Source: Squalus acanthias
Taxonomy: Eukaryota
NCBI GenBank assembly: GCA_030390025.1
Contig: CM059432.1
Coordinates: 19,904,001-19,968,000, forward strand
Direction: 5' to 3'
DNA: 64,000 nt
Below, piece after piece: positions 49,066 through 62,502 of the stretch. The position numbers and the translations under genes are program-made. The notes beneath the pieces are model-generated. The model was given only the letters and a program-made list of their open reading frames with translations, ran no database searches and was not told where the DNA came from. The first letter of the stretch is position 1. Each line of letters begins with the position of its first letter.

Positions 49066-50959
49066 TTGGTTGCTATCTCTTTCTCTCTATTATACTGGTC
49101 ATTTACCCACACGACTTTGAATCATCATCAAATGTTATATTCTCTCCTCCCTATTATTAAAAGAAAAAGAACTTGCATTTATATAGCACCATTCACGACC
49201 TCAGGGCGTCCCAAATCACTTTACAGCCAATTTATGCACATCAAAGTCCCACAAACAGCAATGTGGTAAGGACCAGATAATCTGTTTGCATGGTGTTTGA
49301 AGGCTTTGGTACTGACAGCGGAGCATAGACAGAAGGGAGGAGGATGCATGTTGGCACACAGGATTGGAGTAATTTTCTGAGATGGCATGGTGTGAGATTG
49401 TAGAAGGATTTGAAAAGGAGGACCAGGATTTTAAAAGCAATCATTCTGCAAAGAACCTTTTGGGTAAGACAGATGAATACAAAATTTGCAACAAGAAAAT
49501 AGCAGAATTGGAGTATTTTGATCTTAATGGCAAAAATAATTAAATTGGCCGTGTTTAATCTTCTTTCAAGTCAGGACATGCTTTTTTTAAAAATATTCAC
49601 TCTCAGGATCTGGCAATACTACATTTATTGCCAATCCTTAGTTGCCCTGAGATGGTGGTGGTGGGCCACCTTCTTGAAACGCTGTAGTCCGGTGGAGTGG
49701 TTTGATACAACTGAATGGCTTGCTCGGTCACTTCAGAAGGCAGTTGAGAGGCAACCATGTTGGTCAGGGACTGAAGTCACATATTGGACATTCGTGAACC
49801 AGTTACGTTTTCATGACAGTCCGACAGCTTCGCGGTCACTTTTACCGATACCACCATGTTTTTTAAACCGAATCCAAATTCTCAAACTGCCATGGTGGGA
49901 TTTGAACTCACATTATCTGGATTATTAGTCCAGGCCTCTGGATTACTAGTTCAGTAACATAACCACTACACTATCATAGCTGATATTCTGTTTAAAATAA
50001 TAGGACTCCCATACTGTCCTATCCTTGGATACCCACTGTAGAGGTGGGAAACATTTGGGGGGGGGGGGGGGGGGGGAATTTTCCTCTTCCTTCACATGGG
50101 AATGCTCAGTTTCCAGATGCAGTGAAGAGGAAGAATTAGCTGAGTCTCATTATGTCAGATCTAACAGCAGATTAAAAATGTTGTTGATATAGGATATTCA
50201 ATAATTAGGGAAATAGAGGAATGTCAAGGCCTTGGAGAGGTGGCAGAGGAGATTTACTTGAATGGTACATGGGATGGGGGACTTCAGTTATGTGGAGAGA
50301 TTAGAGAAGCTGGGAGTTTTCTCTTTAGAGCAGAGAAGGTTAAGGGGAGAATTAATAGAGGTGTTAAAAATTTTAAGGGGTTTTGATATGTTGGAGAATA
50401 AAGGTTAAGGTTTTGTAGGTCCACCTCTGACTCGTGCTCCCTTCAAGCACATTGCAGAATTAACCCTTATAAGCAGCTCCATTTGTCCAAGGTATCAACT
50501 GCAAGTTGCGATCTGGAATACATGCCTGAAAGGGTGGTGGAAGCAGATTCAATCGTAACTTCCAAAAGGGAACTGGATATATATTTGTAAAGGAGACATT
50601 TGCAGGGCTATGAGGAAAGAGCAGGGGAGTGGGACTAATTGGATAGTTCAACCTTATAGCACCTTTAACATAGTAAAACATCCTAAGGTGCTTCACAGGA
50701 GCATTATAAAACAAAATTAGACGCCAACTCATATAAGGAGGTATTAGGGCAGATGACCAAAAGCTTGGTCAAAAAGGTAGGTTTTAAGGAGCGTTTTAAA
50801 GGAGGAACGAGAGGTAGAGAGGCAAAGAGGTTTAGCGAGTTTTTAGAGTTCTTTCAAAGAATCGTCACAGACACGATGGGCCAAATGGCCCTCTTTTGTG
50901 CTGTATGATTCTATGAGGATATCCTCTGCAGTCACGATCGAGAGTCCAGGAGGTTGGAT

Positions 50960-51460
50960 TGCCTATGCCTTGCAAGGATAAGGCACATCTTGAAGTGGCT
51001 GGAAAGGAACTTGGAAAGGGAGGTGGAAGAATCAGCTGTTGTGATCCATGTCGGAACATAGGAAAGAGGAGGAAGGAGGTCCTGCTGAGGGAATATCATG
51101 AGCTAGCAGCTAAATTAAAAAGCAGGACCTCAAGAATGGTAATCCCTTGATCACAACCCGGGCCACGTGTTAATTACCACAGAGATATTAAATTGCCGGT
51201 ACAGCAATGTACAGAGCATCAGCAACCAAAAATGTGATAGGTCAGAAATACACCATCAGGGCATATGGACAGGGTAGGGATAGTTACCCAAATAAAAGTT
51301 ATGTTCACAAATTCATGTAGTGTAAGGACTAAAACAAAAGAGTTAGAAGCAGAAATTCAGTTTAAAGGGTATGATGCAGTAGCTATTATAGAGACCAGGC
51401 CACAAGCTGGGTGTGATTGAGAGCTAAATATTCCAGGCTATGGGATCTTAAAAAAGGACA
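50960..51460 (+). mobile_element. Degenerate CR1 ORF1 (esterase-like) and start of the ORF2 APE domain
   Basis: EVLLREYHELAAKLKSRTS; MFTNSCSVRTKTKELEAEI...YDAVAIIET...LNIPGY. Confidence 0.6.
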
Positions 51461-51775
51461 AGGAAATTGGTTAAACTTCACTATTGCAAGAAGCATCAAC
51501 GAGATTTTAGAAATAGGCCTACAATTTTACACATTGTAGAGCTAATTAATTATTTTCTAAAGAAGATTTCTGATAACAGGAAAACAGGACTCTATCACAA
51601 AACATGCTTGAAGATGAAACAGGAAGATTACATACCAAAAAAAATGTGGTTTTACTCAATGTTAAGTCACATCTTTCACCACAATCGTAGTCGAAAATTG
51701 GCATATTGATATGATCTGTAAATAGGGCATTGTACCATTGGCTACATAATCCCTTCTCTTTAGAAGGGAAACTAA

Positions 51776-52459
51776 GGGGGAAACATTGGGTTGGTTTGCA
51801 CCTCTCGTTAGCACCGAGAAGCGCTAATGGGGCGCAAATCCCCCAGCGCCCGGGCGCGGCGCCACTAACGCCTCCCGCAAAATTCAGCAGGAGGTTAGCG
51901 GCGGTGGTAGCCGATAGCACCCTGCGCTGCTGGCGATGACGTCATCGCCGTGCACAGCGGCCCGGCCGCAAACTCCCCTTGCCCCCCCTGACCTATCGCT
52001 GGACGATATGTCCGATAGGATCAGGGGGCGTTTTTGCAGCGGTGGCGGCGCTCCTTAAAGGGCAGGTGTCGGGTGGCCATTTTTATTTTGGCTGACTGCC
52101 AGCACCTGCCCCCGTTCACTTTTTTACGCGGGGCGCAGGCCACGATCGCTCAGTCCGGCACTCCTCGAGTGCCGGGCTGTTTTCACGGCACCCCGCTCCC
52201 CGGTGGCCCAGTAGGGCCCCGGGTGCGCGCAGCGCTAGGCCCCTCCCCTTTAATCAGGGGAGGAAGCCTGCAATGACACAGCACCGTGAAGTTCAGTAGC
52301 AGCAGCCCCAAGCAGGAGGTGGAGTGCTTTCCAGTAGCGCCTCACCTCCTGCTTGGGGCGCTGCTACTGAATTTACGGCGGGGGGGGGGGGGGCACTAAC
52401 TTTTTCGGGGCGCTGGCGATGTTGGCATCCCAAAATGGGTGCTACCCAATTTTTCCACC
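51776..52459. mobile_element. Harbinger-type MITE (684 bp)
   Basis: TIRs GGGGGAAACATTGGG / CCCAATTTTTCCACC; canonical TSD TAA/TAA. Confidence 0.87.
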
Positions 52460-52818
52460 TAAGTCCCAAGACCAAGTACCTTCTTTGAATGTCAAAATAA
52501 AGGGCGCGTCATCTGAGTCACATTGGAAAAGACTTCTGAAAACTGTCACGGTTGTGCTCTTCAGTGCACACCTCCTGTGATTGATCAGGGAAGGAGAATG
52601 TGAAAAAGAGAGAATGAAAATGGATGGGAACTCAGGTCTTTACTGAAAATAGAAATTAGGCACACAGGAAACTGAAGACTGACACACAAGTACCAAGGTA
52701 TAACAACAGGAAACGCTAGAAACACTCAGCAGGTCAAGCAGCATCTGTGGAGAGAAAAAAAAGTTAACATTTCAGGTCGATGACCAGTTCTGACAAAAGG
52801 TCATCGACCTGAAACATT

Positions 52819-54039
52819 GGGGGTATTTTTAACCCCCAAAAACGGGTGAGCTGGGGTTGGGCAAGATGTAAACATTTTGAAAATCTCAAACCCAAACCAC
52901 CTCCTTCCAGGTTTAACAGAGGCGGGGCAGGGTGCGGACAACCAACCCACTCCCAGGAGGTAGGTTAGAATCATAGAATGGTTACAGCACAGAAGGAGGC
53001 CATTCGGCCCATCAAGCCCGTGTCGGCTCTCTGCAAGAGCACTTCAGCTAGTCCCACTCCCCCACCCTTTCCCCGTAGCCCTGCAAATTTTTTCTTTCAG
53101 GTACTTGTCCAATTCTCTTTTGAAAGCCACGATTGAATCTGCCTCCACCACCCTATCAGGCAGTGTGTTCCAGATCCTAAACACTCGCTGCGTACAAAGG
53201 TTTTTCCTCATGTCGCCTTTGGTTCTTCTGCCAATCACCTTAAATCTGTCCCCTCTGGTTTTCAACCCTTCCGCCAATGGGAACAGTTTCTCTCTATCTA
53301 CTCTGTCTAGACCCATGGTTTTGAACACCTCTATCAAATCTCCTCTCAACCTTCTCTGCTCTAAGGAGAACAACCCCAGCTTCTCCAGTCTATCCACGTA
53401 ACTGAAGTCCCTCATCTCTGGAACCATTCTCGTAAATCTTTTCTGCACCCTCTCTAAGGCCTTCACATCTTTCCTAAAGTGTGGTGCCCAGAATTGATCA
53501 CAATACTCCATACATACCCCCAGGTCTCTCTGTTCATGCACCCCCTTTAGAATTGTACCCTTTAGTTTATATTGCCTTCCTCATTCTTCCTACAAAAATG
53601 TATTACTTCACACTTTTCTGCATTAAATTTCATCTGCCACGTGCCCGTCAATGGGTTGGCCATTTAAATATTATAATGAGGCTGCGTGCCTCAGATTTAA
53701 CCTGTCTTGCAGCTTTAACCCTGGCTGGCCAGGTTTCCCAGGCCTCGGGATAGCTTTGGGGAAAAGGTAATTGCCTTTACAGCACTGCTTGTGGGTCAGG
53801 AGGAGCAGGAGTGCTTCTCCCCAGCCCCCCAAGCTTAACTTCTCCCTGCTCCTGCGGCAGTGGCCTCCTCCAGAGCGTTCACTACCCAACAGGGAGCCAA
53901 GCCCGTCAATCAGGCTGGCTTCCTGGTGGGGCTGCTGTTTAAAAAAAAAAGGTTCACTAAAACTCCACAGCATTATGGCTTTCTTGACCAAAATTCCTCC
54001 CCACCGCCTACGCAACCTACCCCAGTCAATGTCAGGGCC
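52819..54039. mobile_element. Harbinger-type MITE split by a CR1
   Basis: TSD ATT/ATT; degenerate TIRs. Confidence 0.7.
52966..53646 (-). mobile_element. CR1 3' fragment
   Basis: FWAPHFRKDVKALERVQKRF and WNTLP; TAGAATCA tail. Confidence 0.9.
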
Positions 54040-54339
54040 ATTAACTCTGTTTCTCGCTCCACAGATGCTGCCTGACCTGCTGATTATTTCCAGCATTTTC
54101 TGGTTTTATTTCAGATTTTCAGCATCCCCAAGATTTTGCTTTTGTACCAAATAGAATGCTCAGCATGCAGGATAAATATATATTAAAAACCACAAGCTTG
54201 GACTAAACATATGTGACTCTAAATGAATTGATAAGCAACTTAACGGTGAGCTAAGGAGGAAATATGGCCTCTATAAATACTGCAGAAAGATAGAGGAACT
54301 TGTTCACTGAGGTGAATATAAGAAAATCCAGAAACACGT

Positions 54340-55470
54340 TAAAAGTGTGATTGGAGCAACAGAGAACGGACTAGGAAAAAGAACATTGCTGCTGAGGCTA
54401 AACATAACACTTAAAAATTCTTTCGGTACCACAACAGAAAGTGGACAGTCAGAGAAGAGGTGAAAATCACAAAAGATGCAAATCGGTTCAAAATCAAAGA
54501 TGAGCGCAAAATGGTAAACATTCTGAATGATTCCCTCTGCCAAGTATTCACAAGGGAAGGCATAAGCAACTTGTTCTCCTCAGACAAAGGTATCCCAAGT
54601 AAAATCAATCTCTTTTTATAGAAATAAGATGGAAGTCCAGGAAAGGCCAACAAGGCTCAGAATGAATAAATTCACAAGATAGACAGAATTAATTCCAGAG
54701 TGCTGAGAGAGACTAGGGAAGAGATTTGTGAGGTACTGGCAATCATTACAAGGGGATCAATAGAAATTAGGGAGGTACTGGTAAATTGGAAACAGGCTAA
54801 TGTGGTGCTCATATTCAAAAAGGGTGACAAAATAGACAAAGGCAACTACAGACCCATTAGTCTTACTTCCATTCCTTGTAAAATAATGGAATCAATTATC
54901 ATGAGTAAACCGGAGGATTAACTGTACAATAATTGCCTTGTAAATGACAATCAACACAGGTTCTGAGAAGGGAAATCCTGTCTGACCAACCGCCTCGACT
55001 TCTTCAGAGAAGTGAAAACCCAAGTGGACTGTAATAAGCCCTATGACATGGTGCACTTCAACTTCCAAAAGGCTTTTGACAAAGTTCCACATGAGAAGTT
55101 ATTGGTTAAAATCAAAACTGTGTGGATTCAGGGTAAACCTTAGGAATGGCTGAAGAGTAGGAGACCACATATACTCGATAAAGCAGTTATGTTGGAGTTG
55201 TGGTGGTGGGGGGTGTTGGAGTGGGGCTCCGCAGGCCTTGGTGTTGGGACCACTACTGGTTTCAATTTGCATAAATTATCTGGGTTCAGAAACTCAATCA
55301 AAAGTGGTCACATTTGAAGATGGTGCCAAACTCGGAGGGGCAGAATTTACAGAAAGCATTGAGTAAAATATGTAGGTGAGCGAAAACAACGGCAAATTAA
55401 ATGGTATATAGAGAAATGCAAAGTGCTACACAGAGGAAGGAAGAATAGGTAATACGCATATTTCATGACT
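54340..55470 (+). mobile_element. Old degenerate CR1 RT fragment
   Basis: ANVVLIFKKG, NYRPISLTS and NFQKAFDKVPH. Confidence 0.8.
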
Positions 55471-55879
55471 GGTGCCAGTTCGCTGTTCCTTGTTGACCCA
55501 TGTGACACACACAGCTTGTCACTTTTAACCATGTTTACGTTATTGGCGCGAGGTCATCCCTCAGGTATATGTCTCGTAACTGAAAATCTCACATCTTGGA
55601 CTTGTATGATGTTGACAGCGGTGTTTAGATCATAGCATATTTTGATTTCATACCTTGCGTAAATGACGCAAATTGCCACTTCCACAGGTACTGATTCACT
55701 CAGATCCGGGAGACTCCCGGGCAATCCAGGAGGGTCGGACACCCGAATGGCCATCATCGTTACGCTTCAATGTGAAACTTTCCAGTTGTACTTTGAGGTG
55801 TTAGGAACAACAAAATGATCGAATATCAACAATGAAAAACACTGAGTAACATTGTTAAAATTATAATCAATATTGCAGA

Positions 55880-56130
55880 TTGTGATACTAAACCATACCA
55901 AGCAGGAACATCCCTGGCCTGTGCTCTGTCAGCTCTCTGCTGAGATAGTGGTAGGAGCAGTACAACCTGCCTCAGCACCCCTGGACGGAGAAAAGAAAAT
56001 CAGCAGTTTTCCTGCTCCTTATTGTTAACCAGTTTTTCCTAATGGAAATTGTGTCTGAGTGGACAAGATCAGGGTCAGCTTTGCTGAAGCCCTTTCCCCT
56101 TCAGGGAATTGCATGCTGGCTCACACCTAC
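55880..56130 (+). mobile_element. AmnSINE2-like SINE, diverged
   Basis: TACAACCTGCCTCAGCACCCCTGG...AAAATCAGC...CCTGCTCCT. Confidence 0.55.
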
Positions 56131-56143
56131 AGAAATGTCGTTT

Positions 56144-57585
56144 ACATAGGATATATGGCACAGAAACATGCCATTCGGCCCAACTAGTCCATGCTCCACT
56201 CAAGCCTCCTCCAGTCTTTCCTCATCTAACTCTATCAACATAACCCTCGATTCCCTTCTCCCTCATATGTTTGTCGAGCCTCCACTTAAATGCATCTATA
56301 CTATTTGCCTGAACTACTCCCTGTGGTAGCGAGTTACACATTCTCACCGCTCTCTTGGTAAAGAAGTTTCTTCTGAATTCCCTATTGGATTTCTTGGTGA
56401 CTATCTTATATTGATAGCCTCTAGTTTTGCCCTTCTCCACAAGTGGTAACACTCTCCCTGTATCTACTCTATCAAAATCTTTCATAATTTTAAAGACCTC
56501 AATTAGGTCACCCCTCAGTTTTTTCAAGCGAAAAGAGACCCAGCCTGTTCATCCATTCCTGATATGTATACACTCGCACTTCTGGTATCATCCTTGTAAA
56601 TCTTCTCTGCACCCTATCCAGTGCCTCTATATACTTTTGAACTGTATGCTGTACTCAAAGTATAGTCTAACCAAAGTTCGATACAAGTTTAGCATAATTT
56701 CACTATTTTTCAATTCTATATCTCGAGAAATAAACCCTAGTGCCTGGTTTGCTTTTTTTATGACCTTGTTAACCTGTGTCACTACTTTTAGTGATTTGTG
56801 TATTTGTAATCCGAGATCCCTTTACTCCTCTACCCACCCAGACTTGCACCCTCCAAGTAATAAGTGACCTCCCTATTCTTCCTACCAAAATGTAATAACT
56901 CACATTTACCTGTGTTGAATTTCATTTGCCCATTCTGCAAGTTTATTGATGTCTTCCTGTAATTTGTTGCAGTCCTCCTCAGTATTAACTATCCCCCCCA
57001 ATTTGGTGGCATCCGCAAATTTAGAAATTGTGTTTTTGAATCCAAAGTATAAATCGTTAATATAAATTGGGAACAACAGTGGTCCCAGCACTGATCCTTG
57101 TGGAACACCACTACCCACCTTCTGCCACTGTGAATAGCTACCCTTTACCCCTACTCTCTGCTTTCTGTCTTGTAGCCAGATAGCTATCCATTCAGCTACT
57201 TGTCCCGACTCCACATTCTCTGACCTTATCAAAGACCTTTTAAAAATCTAGATAAATTACATCTACTGCATTACCCTCGTCTATTTTCGCCGTTACCTCT
57301 TCAAAAAATTCAATGAGGTTGGCCAAGCAAGACTTTCCCTTCTGAACTTCATGCTGACTATTTATTATTATATTTTTGGCTTCTAGGTGTTTTCTATTTT
57401 CTCCTTTAGTAGGGATTCCATTATTTTTCCGACCACCGAGGATTCCTGGATATGTTCTATCTCCCTTCTTAAATATATGTATTATGTTAGCTATCCACCA
57501 GTCCTCTGGCACTACACCTTTTTCTAATGAATTATTACATTTGTGTAGTAAATCTGCTATCTCTTCCCTAGATTCTTTTAAATAA
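56144..57585 (-). mobile_element. 5'-truncated CR1 LINE
   Basis: [19 protein letters not shown] and KGKSCLANL. Confidence 0.9.
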
Positions 57586-58453
57586 ATAGCAGCTGACACA
57601 CCACGGGGCTATATTGCAGGGTCAGTCTCTATCTTCAAGGGGAAAGAGGACAGAAAATAAGAAGGGAATGCATTTTCTTTTGAATATTGTTCATCAACTC
57701 GTTGATAAGTTATATAGAAAAATTACACCTACAGGCACGCATGGACAAGACCTTACGGGTCTGAGCACAAACGAAAAGCAGCTCATTTGCCAGCCACAAT
57801 CTATAATTTAGCACAAGGCATTCTTCTCAGGCATCAGCTTCCCATAAGTCCTGTCCCTTTATTGCACTTGCTGTCAACAAGGAAGTCACCTTAATAAAAT
57901 CTCTTTACAGCACTGAGCACATTTGTGAAGAGCTTTCCCCTTTCTTGGCTTGGATGTCAATGGCATTTATTCTGCAGGTACTTTAATGTAGCATTTCATC
58001 ACACTTTCCTGTAGCCTGCTAACAGCTATTGATTACTGCTACAACAACACAAACTGCGGATGCTGGAAATCTGGAAAAAAAAACACCAATGTATTGATTA
58101 CTACTGCTGCACACCAAGCCAATTTCTGGCTGTGCTGATTCTCATTCTCAGCAACAAGGCCTCCATTTTTTTTTTTGCCCCACTGAAGAGCCCCCAGATT
58201 TTGCAGTTTAATAGCAGGAGGAACTTTGAAACAATGTGCACTGCGTACGATCAATTCGCTGGTTACTTCCAGCAACAAGAATGGAATCGCAGGCTCACAA
58301 ATTGACCTGAGCATTGGAACACTGGCTGAAAGACACAACTCGGACCAGGTAACACCCATTCATTGAAAAAAATATTCCACCACCTTCCAAGGATACTGGT
58401 CTTGAACCTAATAGCACACATGTCTTGGCCACCAGAATTCTCAAACCGCAACA

Positions 58454-58895
58454 TTACATAGAACTTACAGCACAGAAACAGGTTATTCAGCCCAACTGAT
58501 CTATGCCACATGAGCCTCCCCCCACCCTACTTCATCTAACCCTATCAGCATATTCTTCTATTCCTATTTCTCTCCTGTACTTATTCAGTTTCCCCTTAAA
58601 TGCATCTATGCTATTCGCTTCAACTGCTCCACGTGGTAGCAAGTTCGACATTCTAACCACTCTCTGGGTAAAGAAGTTTCTCCTGAATTTCTCACTGGAT
58701 TTATTAGTGACTATCTTATATTTATGACCCCTAGTTTTGGAGACCCCCACAAGTGGAAACATTTTCTCTACGTCTACCATATCAAATCCCTTCATAATTT
58801 TAAAGACTTCTATTACTTCACCCCTCAGCCTTCTCTTTTCTAGAGGAAAACAGCCCCAGCCTGTTCAGTCTTTTTTGACAGATATAACCTCTCAT
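58454..58895 (-). mobile_element. CR1 3' fragment
   Basis: TRGHKYKI...RRNFFTQRVV. Confidence 0.87.
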
Positions 58896-59514
58896 GCTAT
58901 AATATATATCATAATATATTACCATAATATCCCCTGTAACATGCTGCTACTACCTGCATGGTGTTCTCTTTTCTTATTCTATCATTGGTAACTCTGATCA
59001 CCCAAGTTCCTTCTTGGACAGTGCATGTCAAGTCACCCAGCTTCTGTTTCTACATCTTCACCAGGGATCCAGTTCTCAGCATCATAAAGAAGTGCGAAAT
59101 ATATAAAAAGTGCATTTCTCTTCAAAGTGGCTTCCATAGTGCACAGATATAATCAGAGCAATGTGCAGCTTGTTTTCTCATCTCCTACTATCTGACGTGC
59201 ACATTTGGCAAGTGACGGGATGGTACCAGGTGGAAAAGGCCACATGGAAGGGTAAATCTGAAACACAAAATAGAGAGACCCCTAATTGGAGAATGACAAT
59301 GGCCACACAGCTGAGGGGACTGGCATAGAAGGGGGGGGGGTTCAATGTCAAGTTCTTCGGGCAGTCAGTTTATGGTCAATTTTAAGGGAAAACCATTAAG
59401 AGAAATCGTACAGTGATAGTGAAGTGCAGTTGAAATGCATTGTGCAGCCGAATTTTGGGACACCTGAATTTCTTAATATAGCTATTTCCAGTAAAGACTG
59501 GCCTCAAACTCTTA

Positions 59515-60290
59515 GGGGGGCGATTTTGCCAGCCCTGGGGAGGCGGGACTGCCGGGAAAATGGCAGAATCTGGGGGCGGGTACCCATCCCACCCCCAACC
59601 CGCCTCCGTGCCATCTTCCCAGGAGGCGGGTACCCGACCCGCGCTGGGAGCCGCCTCCTCGAGGCGGGAAGGGGATTAGTTTTTTTTGAGAATCCCGATT
59701 TTGAGCCCTAAAGTGTGGGCTTCCCGATGGCTCCGAACCTCGCCAGGGTCAGCGAGGCGAGCCATCGGTCTGCAGGGGTCGGAGGGGCCGAGATGTCTGG
59801 TGTGCAGGTGAGTGATGGGTGCATGTGTGCAGAGCTAAGTGTGTGAGGTGAGTCTTAAGTGTTTTAAAAACTTTACTAATCTTTGCTTCTTCCTCCAGGC
59901 TTCAACCCTTCAGGTCTCGGGAGTCCCTTATCTCGGCAGAGAAAGCAGAATGGCCGCTGCATTCTCAAATGCATCAGCCTTCTGCTTTCTGCTCAGGAGT
60001 GATCTCCAAGTGAGCCTGTGTCCCAGGTCTCAACTTAGAAGACAGACTGTCACAGAGCTCTCAAACAATGACAATTCATCTGTCAAAAGCTCTTGACAGA
60101 TGAAACGTCACTCGCTGACGTCACCAGTAACCGGCTTTCCCTTAATTGGCCTGCTAAGCCTGCTCGGTGGCTTAACAAGGTCAATCAAGGGAAAATAGCG
60201 TGGGTTGGCTGGACGTCGATGGAGGCGGGACGAAAACCCGACAAGCAGCAATCCCGCCTCCAATACATCCCCATTGGCAAAATCACCCCC
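59515..60290. mobile_element. Harbinger-type MITE (776 bp), relative of 866-1566
   Basis: TIRs GGGGGGCGATTTTGCCA / TGGCAAAATCACCCCC; flanks TTA/TAA. Confidence 0.87.
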
Positions 60291-60427
60291 TAAGTCACTG
60301 CAGTGCTGTAATCACCATTGTTGGCTGGACAGATATTCTTTGCAACACCCATTAGCACGAATAAAAAACCTCACTTCAACCATTCCTACCCCCACGTCAC
60401 TCCATTCCAGCAAACACCAGCACGTGT

Positions 60428-61385
60428 TAACAACAACAACTTGTATTTTCTATTACCTTTAACGTAGTAAAAAATCCTAAGGCACTTCACAGGAGCGTTA
60501 TCAAACAAAATTTGATACCGAGCCACATAAGGAGATATTAGGGCAGATGACCAAAAGCTTAGTCAAGGAGGTAGGTTTTAAGGAGCATCTTAAAGTTGGA
60601 AAGAGAGGCGGAGAGGTTTAGGGAGGGAATTCCAGAGGTTGGGGCCTCGGCAGCTGAAGGCACGGCCGCCAATGGTGGAGCGATTAAAATCGGGGATGCT
60701 CAAGAGGCCAGAATTGGAGGACCGCAGATATCCCGGAGGGTTGTAGGGCTGGAGGAGATTACAGAGATAGGAAGGGACGAGGTCAAGGAGGGATTTAAAA
60801 GCAAGGATGAAAATTTTAAAATTGAGGCGCTGCCAGAAATGGAGCCAATGTAAGCACTGGGGTGATGGGTGAACGGGACTTGGTGCGGGTTAGGACACAG
60901 GCAGCCGAGTTTTGGATGTTTACGTAGGGTAGAAGGTGGGAGACTGGCCAGGAGTGCGTTGGAATAGTCAAGTCTAGAGGTAACAAAGGCATGGATGAGG
61001 GTTTCAGCAGCAGATGAGCCGAGGCAGGGCAGAGTCGGGCGATATTACGGAGGTAGAAATAGGCGGTCTTAGTGATGGCGCAGAGATGTGGTCGGAAGCT
61101 CAACCCGGGGTCAAATATGACACCAAGGTTGTGAACAGTCTGGTTCAGCCTCAGACAGTTGCCAGGGAGAGGGATAGAATCGGTGGGTAGGGAACAGAGC
61201 TTGTGGCGGGGACCGAAAACACTGGCTTTGGTCTTCCCAGTATGTAGTTGGAGGAAATTTCTGCTCATCCAGGACTGGAGTTTGGAGAAGCAGTCTGACA
61301 ATTCAGAGACAGTGGAGGGGTCTAGATAGTGGTGAGGTAGAGCTAGGTGACATCAGCGTATTTGTGGAAACTGACGCTATGTTTT
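60428..61385 (-). mobile_element. L2-type LINE 3' part
   Basis: FHKYADVT, SWMSRNFLQL..GKTK, NLGVIFDP and QNSAA; (AAC)n tail. Confidence 0.85.
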
Positions 61386-61997
61386 CACTGTGTTAATACT
61401 GCCGGGACTTAAAGGAGAAGTTTTCATATTCCATCCTGAGACAAGATGACGTTTCTGCCTGCTTAGCATCTGATCTTTCTTTATATGTTGGCTCAGATCA
61501 ACATCCTAGGGTAAAGGCGCCTTCAAAAGTCTAGGGTCATTTTGAGATACATGTTTCAACGCTTTAAAAGAAAGAGTCAGACTCATGAAACATAACCAGG
61601 GTAACTGGTAAACACTGCTCCCAAACGAATGACGATGTTTAAAGGGCAAAAAATATTCTTCGAACACAAACACCCAAAATGGCCACGGAGACAGGAACAT
61701 TTGGCTAGAAATAGATTAAAATGAGTGTTAAATCTTATTTTCATTCATGGCTGAACTACTCTGGTGCCTGGGAGTAGCGTTGGTCAGAAAATGGATGTGA
61801 CAGGCTGCTGATGCCTCCTGCAACCCACCTCGGGCAGCCAAAAAGTGGAGGTTTTATCCCCCCAAATCTTAGGTTTTATTTGGTCACCCTACTATCTATT
61901 CAACTCCCTTCAGGGAATTTAAAATTTAACTCTTCTTTGTGTCGCCCATCAGAAATGAATCGAGTAGTGAAGGAGTTAGCCCTGCCAAGCAACTCAC

Positions 61998-62215
61998 CCG
62001 TAAACCTCCATTACGCACCAGTTCATTGATGCTTGTGAAATGTGGAACATGCTGTTGCTTGAAATAGAACCATTCACATCAAAGTTCAAGGCAGTGGTCA
62101 GCCTCATAGCCACTGGCAGAGCCATGCCTATCCTGGACCTTGTCTGAAGGACTGCCTCCAGGAGATGCCATATTTCTGCAAATACCTCCCTAGTGAATTG
62201 CACAACTCCTAAGGC
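61998..62215 (-). pseudogene. HARBI1-like Harbinger transposase N-terminal fragment
   Basis: QFTREVFAEIWHLL...ALPVAMRLTTALNF..NGS...HISQ...CVMEV, followed by a gtgagt donor. Confidence 0.65.
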
Positions 62216-62502
62216 ATGTCTAGGTAGTTATGCCTTGGTCTGTGCACATGGGTGATTTGGTAAAGGCAGGTACAAGACTGCCTCTAAAGCCTCCTCAGAT
62301 CCTCATCCATAACCAGCAAAGAGGGAGGTTTACCCAGCAGGAAGCATTCATTCCCTCCACCACCGGTGCAATGTGGTTGCAGTGTGTACGATCTACAAGA
62401 TGCAATGCAACAACTCGCCAAGGCTTCTTCGACGGCACCTCCTAAACCCGCAACTTCTACCACCTAGAAGGACAAGGGCACCAGGCGCATGAGAACAACA
62501 CT

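Larger units (their letters stand above)
52701..54144. mobile_element. Fold-back Penelope repeat hosting a nested MITE and CR1
   Basis: Left arm 52701-52818, right arm 54040-54144; flanks GTACCAA. Confidence 0.75.
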
